From the NCBI RefSeq assembly GCF_009914755.1, contig NC_060926.1: a stretch of DNA of 64,000 nt. The stretch is one strand, 5' to 3'. Numbering within the stretch: position 1 is the first letter of the stretch; every line of letters starts with the position of its first letter. Below the pieces are notes generated by a model. It saw only the letters and a list, made by a program, of their open reading frames with translations. It searched no databases and was not told the DNA's origin. Both the position numbers and the translations under genes were made by a program. Shown here one piece after another: positions 52,538 through 64,000 of this stretch. This stretch comes from the human T2T-CHM13v2.0 reference genome, Homo sapiens.

Positions 52538-54238
52538 GAAAATTGAAAGTTTCTATTAACACAAACACCTGTACACAAATGTTTATAGTAGCTTAATTTG
52601 TGGTAGCCAAACACTAAAACAACACAGCCCTTCGATTAACGGATGGTTAAGCAAACTGCTACACCATGGAATACTACTAAACAATAAAAAGGAATAATCC
52701 TTGGTCCACACAACAACTTCGATGAATTTCAAAAGACTTATACTAAGTAAAATAAAGCTCAGTACCAAAAGGTTATATACTGCATAATTCCTTTTGTATA
52801 GCATTCTTGTAATCACAAAATTATAGAGATAAACAACAGATTAGCGGTTGCTAGAAATTAGGGAAAAAAGGAAAAGGTGGGGTATAGGATCCAGACAGAT
52901 GTGGTTATAAGGGGGCAACATGAGGGATTTTTTTTTTAAACTTTTAAGTTCAGAGGTACAAGTGCAGGCTTGTTATATAGATAAACTTGTGTCATGGGGG
53001 TTTGTTGTACAGGTTATTTCATCACCCAGGTATTGAGCCTAGTACCCATTAGTTGTTTTTCCTGATCCTCTCCCTCCTCCCATCCTCCACCCTCCAATTG
53101 GTCCCAGTGTATGTTTTTCCCCTCTATGGGTCCATGTGTTCTCATCATTTAGTTCTGATTTATAAGTGAGAACATGCAGTATTTGGTTTTCTGTTCCTGT
53201 GTTAGTTAGCTAAGGATAATGGCCTCCAGCTCCATCCATGTCCCTGCAAAGAACATGATCTCATTCTTTTTTATGGCCACATGGTATTCCATGGTGTATA
53301 TGTACCACATTTGCTTTATCCAGTCTATCATTGATAGACATTTAGGTTGATTCTATGTCTTTGCTATTGTGAACAGTGCTACCATGAACATATGCGTGTA
53401 TGTGTCTTTATAATATAGTGATTTATATTCCTTTGGGTATATACCCAGTAATGGAATTGCTGGGTCAAATGGTATTTCTGTTTGTAGGTCTTTGAGGAAT
53501 CACCACAATGTCTTCCACAATGGCTGAACTGATTTACACTCTTACCTACAGTGTATAAGCATTCCTTTTTCTCCTCAACCTAGCCAGCATCTGTTATTTT
53601 TTGACATTTTAATAGTATTTATTCTGACTGGTGTTAGATGGTATCTCATTGTAATTTTGATTTGCACCTCTCTAAAGATCAGTGATGTTGAGCCCTTTTT
53701 CTTCATATGATTGTTGGCTGCATGTATATCTTCTTTGGAAAAGTGTCTGTTTTGTCCTTTGCTCACTTTATAATAGGGCTGTTTGTTTTTCTCTTGTAAA
53801 TTTGTTTAAGTTCCTTATAGATGCTGGATATTAGACCTTTGTTGGATGCATAGTTTGCAAAAATTTTCTCCCTTTCTATAGGTTATCTGTTTACTCTGTT
53901 GATAGTTTCTTCTGTTATGCAGAAATGCTTTCATTTAATTATATGTCAAGATAAGGGATATTTGGGTTTTGTGAACAGTTTTGCGTCTTAACTGTGGTTG
54001 TAGATACACACATTTACACATGTGATAAAATTGCATAGACATACAATTACATAGAAACTGGGGAAATGTGAATAAGGATGACAGATTTTCAACCTCAATG
54101 TGCTGGTTATGTTATGTACAGTTTTGCAATACGTTACTGCTGGGGAAAAGTGGTGAAAAGGTACATGTGATTTCTCTGGATTACTTCTTATATCTGCATG
54201 AGAATCAACAAATATCTCAAAAATTTTAATTTAAAAAA
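52538..54238 (+). mobile_element. L1MD-like 3' end, split by an L1PA insertion
   Basis: CCAAAAGGTTATATACTGCATAATTCC...GGGCAACATGAGGGAT before the insertion. ACATGTGATAAAATTGCATAG...CTGCATGAGAATC after it. Confidence 0.85.
52928..53946 (-). mobile_element. L1PA (about PA11-13) 3' 1 kb
   Basis: Same 3'UTR type as 13020-14240. Degenerate TSD CAACATGAGGGAT / CAAGATAAGGGAT. Confidence 0.93.
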
Positions 54239-54480
54239 GTGGGAAAATTGCCTTTACAAGATTACACAATGATGCCACAACTTGCCCACTTTACCTACCC
54301 ATGTCACCTGCCTGGTGCTTGTAGGATTTTGAGCGTGTAACTTCTGACTTATGTGTGCATGCCTACGGTTTACAAGGGATCCTTTCAGAGAGAGTTCTGA
54401 AGATTTGGAGCTAGACATAGAACAGAATCAAAGGAAGCACAAACCAGTGGTCAAAATAAAGCACATAAAAGCGGACTACA

Positions 54481-55028
<548 letters not shown>

Positions 55029-55639
55029 TCACAGAAGTGCATCGTAATAGAATATGCTCTGTAAGTATCCTACCATCTACTCAAATATATTTGCCCAGTA
55101 ATTAGCACATATACTAAGCAAGGAGGTTGCCCAAATAATGAATATGATAGAGAAGTAGAAAATACCTTTAAAGCGCCCATTTTGATCCATGGTCTTAATT
55201 TGTTATGATATTAAAAAGATGCCAAATAATTAAATAAAATACTAATTTGAAGGGCAAAAAAAAAAAAAAAAAACAACCCCACCCATTTATCTTCTCAAAT
55301 TTGAACAAATGCCAAATGAGGGCCAGATCCTGCTGTCTACTTGTGCTTCCTTTGCTTCCTGAATCCAGGAAGGAGAAAAGAGAAGTCAGGAATGTGATGT
55401 GTTTTCCACGCCTCAGGTCTGCCTCCATGTGTCAGCGACGTGTAGGCTTCCAAAGTCTCAGCATTTAAAAGGGTTGACTTCAGAGCTCTGAGGGAGGGGA
55501 CAAAGCTCTATTTGTTTATAGTCTTTAGCTCTAATTACATAATTACATTGGAAGGGGGACTGACTTCTGAGGAATAGCAACAAAGCAAACAAGGTAAAAT
55601 TGTAATAGGTCAGTCCAGTTATTATCTTTCTAGCCCTCC

Positions 55640-55688
55640 AGTGTGTGTGTGTGAGCACGCGCATGTGTGTGTCACACACGTGCACACC
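55640..55688. repeat. (GT)n/(CA)n alternating purine-pyrimidine tract
   Basis: GTGTGTGTGTGTGAGCACGCGCATGTGTGTGTCACACACGTGCACAC. Confidence 0.85.
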
Positions 55689-56520
55689 GGCATATGGTAT
55701 TAACAGATAAAGCCAGCCGTGTGTATGCAAGGCTATCATTTTACCTTTAGTGCACTGTGACACCCTGATTATCTCATTGAAATTGGAAGGTAAACGGGAT
55801 GTTGTAGAAACAGAGGCTCTCATGGCAGGTAATAGAGCAGATCTAATTAGCCTCAAGTACCTGTAATCCTAGGAGATATACTTGGAGATAAAAGCTAGGG
55901 AGAGTCCCTCAGGTATGACTAATAGGTCCCCAGCCAGGTTGGCTCTGGATCAGGTGTAGTGGGACAGCTGTGCTGAATGTGCCCTATTGATCTGAGAAAG
56001 GCTACACTTTCTGCCACAAATTGAATTCAAATTGCTTAAGAGAGGAAGGCATCAGGTGCTACTTGCTTCATATTTCAAAATAATTTTCTTCCATACCAGT
56101 TTGGTAGTAGATTGTTTAGTCTTCTGTAAAAATCTGTCTTTTAAAACATATCCTCTGAAATCTTATATACGATTTCCTTTAAAACCATTTTTTAATGCCA
56201 TGGACAAGTGCATTCTAGACACGTTTCATATTTTTGAAAACTGAAGAGTTTTCTTAAAGATTATGGCCCATGCCTACTAGGTGATATTTTATAAAAGGAA
56301 ATTTTGTTATTCACTTTAAGGAGAAGAAAGATATGTTTCCCTGTTTATTAATTAATTATAAGAACTTAATTAGAAACACAGAAAACAAAACACAGGATTT
56401 TAAACAGGGGATAATCTAAAATAATGTTTTCCAAGTACCTGTCATCCTAGAAGATGTACTGGGTTTGAATACAAGTAACATTTTTTACTTAAAGAAAATG
56501 TTATGTTAACCCCTCCCCCC

Positions 56521-56521
<1 letters not shown>

Positions 56522-56569
<48 letters not shown>
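56522..56569. repeat. Perfect (AC)24 microsatellite
   Basis: Directly visible in the sequence. Confidence 0.99.
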
Positions 56570-56571
<2 letters not shown>

Positions 56572-56929
56572 CCCTGGGCCCCCAACAACATAATCAGAAG
56601 CTGATAAAAGGAGGACCCTTGGCATGAAGCCAGGGTAAAACCCAAGCCCCATCCATTTGCTCCCCCCTAGGCATGTTGCCTCTTACTGAGGTCTTTGAGG
56701 CCTTGGAGCCTCTCAAAAGAATCTAAAAATCACTGAACTGGGCAATGTTTGGTTTTTAAGTGGGGCCATATTTAAACAATTTCAGAAGATTGACAGTCGA
56801 AGTTGTTTTAAAAATCTATTTCTGAATGAGATATCATAATATCTCCTAAGTCAATTAAGTATACATCACAGCCAGAAAATTCTTCGTAAGCACTGTAGCT
56901 TGTTATTCTGTTCAGACATTGGTGATTAT

Positions 56930-57285
56930 CTCATTCATTCAACAAATATTCATTGATTATCTACTATATACCAGACACATTTCTAGATACTGAAGAGACG
57001 TAAGTGAACAAAACAGAAAAAAACTACACTTAATAAGGAGTTTATGCATTCCAGTAGAGAAGACATAGACAGTATGTAATTAGCAACATAAAAATAAAAT
57101 TTTCGGTAATTGAAGACACAAGTGTGATGAAAATAATAGAACCATCATAAAAGGAGTTGAAAGTACTGAAAGGGCTAGAAGAAATTTTAAATGGGATACT
57201 TAAGGTAAGCTTAATTTAGAAAGTCATATTTGAATAGAGACATTGATGAGGGGAAAGAGATAGCCACATAGATCTCTAGAGACAA
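56930..57285 (-). mobile_element. L2a 3' end
   Basis: TCATTCATTCAACAAATATTCATTGATTATCTACTATATACCAGACAC...AGTGAACAAAACAGA. Confidence 0.85.
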
Positions 57286-57651
57286 ATACATATTTAACAG
57301 TATTTTGCATATAGTAAACACTCAAATGCTGTAGATTATGTTTATTCTTGAGTTAGCCAAAAAATTCTGGATCATACTTCAGGGAGCCAATACAAGGTTA
57401 CTATCCTCAAATATAAAGAGGGGCAATATAATAAACGTAAAAATGTTTGTAAAATGTAAAAAATACAAATAAAATAAATTTAAAATAAAATGTGTTGTAG
57501 CTATTGTTTAGCTACGTAGTATAGGGTAAAAGAGAAGGCAAGCCAGCATTTCATAGCATTTTTCATTTAAGGTTTTCCATGTGTTTCACAGTGCTGCATT
57601 CCCATTTCTCAGTATAAACCTGGAGTAGGAAAGTTAAGTTGGCAAGTTAAC

Positions 57652-57856
57652 TAGTGGTGAATTACAACCAGTGCATATCAGTGCACAAAAGCTGATGGTG
57701 TGCATCTCTTCCTGATGCCCCTTAGTAACTTCATGTTGACATATAAAAATCAGCCATGAGTAGGTACACTCATACCATAGAAATTGAAAAACACCACAAA
57801 TCTGGCCTGTCCTCATCCCAAGAGCTGGCTATTAAACATTCACCAGCACATCGCAG
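57652..57856. mobile_element. MER63A-like hAT-Blackjack MITE
   Basis: GTGTGCATCTCTTCC...AAATCAGCCATG...TTAAACATTCACCAGCACA. Confidence 0.75.
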
Positions 57857-59461
57857 AAAATAACTTACCGAGTCAATTTTAAATAGCCTCAACCTACTGC
57901 TTTTGTCTTAAAATGTATGCCAATTTTCTCAAGAATTCTTCATTAACAGTCTTATTAGATCAGTTGCCAGGTTTTTTTAATACAATGTGCATATGTATGT
58001 GTGTGTTTACTCTAAGTAATTTGACCCACTTAGTGTCCTGTTTATTCCTAGTCAGCATGACCAGAAGAAACTACCCCTGATTATATAAAGTTAGAGCACA
58101 ACACTTCTTGTAATGTTCATTTTAAATGAGGACTTGATCTATCGTTTGGAATTCTTCTGTTGTATGTGGAGGACAATTAGAATATTAAATGGAAGTAAAA
58201 GTGACACATTGAAGCATAAAAATAGTCTGATTACAAAAATTACACAGTGCAAAACAGAACAAATTTTAAGAGGAATGGTGTAGTTTGTAGAAGACCAAAT
58301 ATTTTGCAGACAATGTGTGAAACTTACAAATAATCAAAATAACTGAAGAAATACCATTTGGAGGGGTATGAATTGTCTACTTTACCTATATTTACCTTTG
58401 ACTCAGCAATTCAGAGTCCACAACTAATTCATATGAGCATTTTCTGTCATCCAAAAATACATCTGTTTCCAATCCACTTTCAGGATTTAGAAGACATTTT
58501 TGAGCCTGAGCATATAGGAAAGATTGATAATATATCAGAGAATTTCTCAAATTCTCAAGATTTGATGTTTCAATGTTTGATCTTCCTTAGTGAATGTTTG
58601 TCATTAAATCAACAATGTTTCTAAGATAAGTTGAAAGGCTGTTAGGCTTATTACTATAATACACCTACAGGGGCTTAAAATTGGATCAGGTTTGTTTGAA
58701 AAGGATGCAAGATAAAAACTAGACAGCTGCTTTTTTCTCACTCATTTCACTCTATTACTGGTTAACTTAGTGGAAAAGTGTAAATTTTCCAGGGGTTTTA
58801 GGTTGAAGGTATCTCAGCCAATGTAGATGTGTGCTTAACTTGAGGTCTAATTTAACTCCCATGTAGTATTGATCGGTGTAGACCACCGAGGACACTTACA
58901 AACTTCCTTTGCCAAAGGTAGGCAATGGTGTAAGAGTAAAGTGTAATAAATGCCCCTGTCCAGTTCTGTGTCGATATCCAGCTGCATTTTGTGTGAGTGT
59001 GTGTGCCATTTTGAGTGCATCAGTATTTCACGTTTATTGTAGTGTGATGAAACACCTTTCAAAATGGCCAGAGGGACATTCAGCAGTAAGCATTTAGGCA
59101 GTACAAATTGGAGTGAACAGGAGGACAGTTAGCAGGGAATATTTCTGAGGTCAAAGTAGTCTGGGTAGGAGCTGAATCAGCTAAATGCAGAGTTAAGAGC
59201 TACAGTACCTGCCGCAAAGTAAATATAGATTACCTTCTTGATGACAAATTGATCCACTAGACAAGGATCTTTCAGACAAAGAGACAAGTGCAAAAAACTA
59301 AGTAATTCACACTGACCAATCTTTTTTAACCCTTTTCTCTGCAACCATCCTATCTCCCGGTAACTTTCTACTTCAGATCATTTCAGTCTAAACTAATCTT
59401 TTGAACAAATAAATACCTATGTAAACTTAAAATTCTAACCTATTGAGAGCCGAGTTGTTAA

Positions 59462-59591
59462 CCCACTTATACTGGACGTTGCAATTTTTTGAATTTTTTC
59501 AATCAGACCTTGGCAATGACCTTGAGCAGTAGGATATAAATAACTCCCACATGCTTAGCATTCCAATAATGGAACACTAGGCATAAATGGG
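59462..59591 (-). mobile_element. MER85 piggyBac (PGBD3-derived) MITE, intact
   Basis: TTAA TSDs at 59458-59461 and 59592-59595. TIRs CCCACTTATAC / GCATAAATGGG. Internal CTTGAGCAGTAGGATATAAATAACTCCCAC and the palindrome ATTCCAATAATGGAAC. Confidence 0.95.
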
Positions 59592-59909
59592 TTAATTCCT
59601 CCTCATTTAACTTATGATTCTATACAATCACTACATCAATGGTAACTTCTAAATCTCAAGAGTTTAGTGAGCCTTATTATGCAATTGTTCTGAGAATCAC
59701 ATCTGAAAAACTTATACGTGGGTGGAAAATCAGCCTAATGGAGAAGTTCCATTTTGAATTAATTCACCAAGTGTTGTTGAGCCTCTACTATGTGCCTGCC
59801 TGCTGTAAGTTTATTTAGATAGTGGCTACCTTCAAAAGATCTATTTTTCCGATTTATTAAGATGGACAAAATTTCATTGGAAAGGAATTGGGCAACAAGG
59901 TGGATAATG

Positions 59910-60400
59910 CCTTCATTCACTTAGTTAGCTAACATTTATTGAATGACTATTCCAAACAAGGATCAATGGCAGATGATGGGATATTAGCCTTAAATACTTA
60001 ATTTCTTCCTACAAGGAGTTCTAGGTTTATTTGGGGAAAATAAGCTGTCAAATATTCAAAATAGAGTATGGTAGATGATACAAAAAGGATCTTAGAAAGA
60101 AGGTAGGTGGTCAAGTTACCCAAAATGGTGGGTGAGAAGAGATCACAGAAGGTTTTCTAGAAAAGATCGTAAAATGAGAAAGTAGAAGCTGATAGGGTTA
60201 AGAAGGGAAAAGACAGAGTTAAGAAGGGAGGATGAGGTAAGGGGAAAATATTCAGAGAAAGCGGTGGCACATATAATGCATCAACAGGGCACGTTCAGGA
60301 ATGTAGAAATCGTTTGGCATTGCTACAAACAAGCACAAATAAACAATAGCAACTAAGGGTGGGTGAAGGGGAGCACATGAAAGAGTAGTATAACCAACTG
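59910..60400 (-). mobile_element. L2 fragment
   Basis: TTCATTCACTTAG...AACATTTATTGAATGACTAT followed by purine-rich L2 antisense sequence. Confidence 0.55.
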
Positions 60401-60999
60401 ATATCCCTACTGGAAGTTGGCAGCATAGAAATTATATAAAATTAGAAACAACAAGCTAATGAAATCACTCCCTGTCTTAAGGAAGGTTAAGATCTAGCAT
60501 CACACTGTGGTAATTGAGATGACTTTAAAAAGAAATAAACGTGAGCTGGACAACTTGCAGAAAGTTTCTCCACAAACTACTAGAAATGTAAATGTTCCAC
60601 TGCATCTAAGAAATCATAGTGGTAAGGTTTTAAATAGACCCATACTGGGAAGTACAATTTTTCAGACAGTTTCTTAAAGTCAAATTGTGAATATTACTGA
60701 TACAATTTTACTTTTCATTTGGAAATGAATTCACTGTAAGTAACATTTTTTCAGATGCTAATTGTTGTTGGATGTTGATGGTCACCTGTATGGAATCAAA
60801 TATGCCAAGGGAATTGAAAGAACAGTCCAAAGAATGAATCCTCTATGTTTTACAAACACGGATTCCTAGTAGATCCAAAGATACATCCAAGAAGATGCAG
60901 AATTTCCTCTTCAGACAGTACAGATTGTATTAAATGTGTGTTAGTTGCTCACTGTGATTACAAACCTAGTATTTCATAGGCTATACTTACAAGAGAATA

Positions 61000-63656
61000 C
61001 AGACTTACATTGGAGATACCATGGGTTCACTTCCAAACCACCACAATAAGGTGAATATAGCAATAAAATGAGTTGCCCAAATTTTTTGGCTTCCAGGTGG
61101 ATACAAAAGTTATGCTTGCACTATACTGTAGTCTATTAAGTGCACAATAGCACTATGTTTAAATTCACAATGTACATGTCTTAATTAAAAATACTTTATT
61201 GTGGCTGTGTGTGGTGGCTCTCACCTGTAATCCCAGAACTTTGGGAAGCCGAGGCAGGAAGATCACTTGAGCTCAGGAGTTTGAGACCAGCTTGGCCAAC
61301 ATGGTGAAACCCCATCTCTACTAAAAATACAAAAATTAGCCAGACGTGGTGGCACACGCCTGTAATCCCAGCTACTAGGGAGTCTGAGGCAGGAGAATCA
61401 CTTGAACCCAGGAGGCAGAGGCTGTAGTGAGCCCAGATCATGCCACTATGCCACTGCACTCCAGCCTAGGCAACAGGACAAGACTCCATCTCAAAAAGAA
61501 AAACAAAAGAGAAAAAAAAAACTTTATTGCTAAAAAATGCCAACAATCACCTGAGCCTTTGGAGTCCTAATTTTATCACTGGTGGAAGGTTTTACTTCAA
61601 TGTTGATGGCTGCTGACTGATCAGGTTGGTGGTTGCTGGAGGTTGAAGTGGCTGCGGCAATTTCTGAAAATAAGACAACTATGAAGTTTGCCACATAACT
61701 GACTCATCTTTTCACTAAAGATTTATCTGTAGTATATGATGTTATGTGATAGCATTTTACCCACTAAATAAAACTTCTTTCAAAATTGGAATGAATCCTC
61801 TCAAACCCTGTTGCTCCTTTATCAACTAAGTTTATGAAATATTCTAAATCCTTTGTTGTCACTTCAACAATGTTCATAGCATCTTCACCAGGAGTAGATT
61901 CCATTTCAAGAAATCACTTTTCTTTGTAGCTCCTCATTTCTTCATTTAATCACGAGACTGCAACAATCCATTCGTGTTCAGGCTCGACTTCGAATTCCAG
62001 TTCGCTTGCTGTTTCTACCACATTTGCAGTTACATTCTCTACTGCAGTCTTGAATCTCCCAAGTCATCCATGAGGATTGGAATCAACTTCTTCTAAACTC
62101 CTGTTAACATTGATATTGTGACCTCCTCTCATAAATCATGAATGTTCTTCATGGCATTTAGAATGATGAATTCTTTCCAGAAGATTTTCAGGTGACTGCC
62201 CAGATTCATGAGAGGGACCACTATCTATTGCAGCCAGACCTTTACAAAATGTTTCTCTTAAACAATAAGACTTGAAATTAGAAATTACTGTTTGATTCCT
62301 GGGCTGCAGAATGGATGTTGTTTTAGCAGGCATGAAAACATTAACCTCATTGTACATCACAATCAGAGCTCTTGGGTGATCAGGCGCATTGACGATGAGC
62401 ACTAATATTTTAACGAAATCTCTTTTTTTGAGCAGTAGATTTCAACGGTGGGCACAAAATACTCAGTAAACCATGTTTTATACAGAAGTGCTGTTCTCCA
62501 AGATTTGTTCATTCATTTATAGAGCACAGGGAGAGTATATTTATCATAATTCTTAAGGGTCCTAACATCTTTGGAATGGTAAACAAACATTACCTTCAAC
62601 TTAAAACCACTAGCTGCATTAGCCTCTAACCAGAAAATCAGACTGTTGTTTGAGCTTTGAAGCCAGGCGTTGACTTCTCCTTTCTAGCTGTGAATGCCCT
62701 AGATGGCATCTTTTTCCAATATAAGGCTGTTTTTTTTTTTTTTCTACAGTAAAAATCTGTTGTTTAGGTAGCCACCTTTATCAATGATCTCAGCTAGATC
62801 CTCTGGATAACAAGCTGCAGCTTCTCCATCAGTATTTGCGGTTTCACCTTGCACTTTTATGTTATGGAGATGGCTTCTTTCCTTCATCCTCAAGAACCCA
62901 TCTCTGATAGCTGCAAACTCTTCTGCAGCTTCCTCCCCTCTCTCAGTCTTCATAGAATCAGAAAGAATTAGGTCTTTGCTTTGGATTAGGCTTTGGCTAA
63001 TGGGTACCTTGTGACTAATCTGATCTTCTATCCAGATCATTAAAACTTTCAGCAATAAGGCTGTTTGACTTTCTTATCATTTGTGTGTTCATTGGAGTAA
63101 CACTTTTAACATTGTTCAGTAACTTTTCCTTTGCCTCCACAACTTGGCTACCTGGTGCAAGAGGCCTAGCTTTTGGCCTATCTCAGATTTCCACTTGCCT
63201 TCCTCACTAAACTTAATCTTTTCTAACTTTTGATTTAAAATGAGAGACTTGCAACTCTTCCTGTCACTTGAACACTTAGAAGCCATACTAATATTATTAA
63301 TTGGCATAATTTTAACATTGTTCTATTTCAGGGAATAGAGAGACTGGAGGAGAGGGAAGGAGGGGAATGGACAGTTGGTGGAGAAGTCAGAACATACAAT
63401 ATTTATTGATTAAATTCACCATGTGGGTGCAGTTTGTGGTGCCCTAAAATAGTTACAAAGTAACATCAAAGATTACTGATCGCAGATCACAATGAAAATA
63501 CAATATTAACGACAAAATTTGAAATATTTTGAAAACTACCAAAATGTGACACAGAGACACGAAGTAAGCTCATGCTGTTGGAAAAAAATGACACTAATAG
63601 ATTTGCTTGATGCAGGGCTGCCAGAAATCTTCCATTTGTAAAAAAATAAAATATCT
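61000..63656 (-). mobile_element. Tigger1 (pogo/TcMar) DNA transposon with decayed transposase, interrupted by an Alu and an L1
   Basis: TA followed by the CAGACTTACATTGGAGATA terminus. Minus-strand ORF remnants KLEKIKFSEEG...EIGQKLGL (HTH), [20 protein letters not shown] and NAPDHPRAL...NVFMPAKTTSILQP (DDE region). Confidence 0.95.
61203..61520 (+). mobile_element. Alu (Sz/Jb-like) inserted in Tigger1
   Basis: Full dimer with TSD AAAA(T)ACTTTATTG and an internal duplication TGCCACTA-TGCCACTG. Confidence 0.96.

Positions 63657-64000
<344 letters not shown>

Noticed and set aside
52111-52596. Longest ORF in the window (161 aa)
   Set aside because: It runs into L1 sequence at its end, has no recognisable homology, and fits a chance AT-rich ORF.
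62136-63307. Tigger transposase as a domesticated TIGD/CENPB-like gene
   Set aside because: It is broken into several frames by stops and frameshifts, so it is an ordinary decayed Tigger1 copy.

Overview
This is AT-rich, CpG-poor primate genomic DNA, most likely human or great ape given an L1PA2-type 3' end. It has intronic or intergenic character and no CpG island. I recognise no protein-coding gene, RNA gene or processed pseudogene. The recognisable ORF-track entries are fragments of Alu, L1 ORF1/ORF2, the THE1 internal ORF and Tigger1 transposase; the rest look like chance ORFs. Much of the window is transposon-derived: five Alus plus a FLAM monomer, several L1s, a complete THE1D LTR-int-LTR, solo LTRs (LTR1, MLT1, LTR16), L2/MIR relics and DNA transposons (Charlie1, MER5A, MER58, MER102, MER63, Tigger1, piggyBac MER85). 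The L1s include a near-full-length L1MA lacking its RT core, a tiny L1PA2 tail and a twin-primed L1PA at the right edge. Repeat names were assigned from remembered consensus sequences, not from a database search. I see no convincing new biological system. The best unexplained signals are a minus-strand three-exon splice-site cluster at about 15.75-16.65 kb, an ungapped 113-bp diverged duplicate pair at 21.6/22.4 kb, and a few isolated plus-strand exon candidates.
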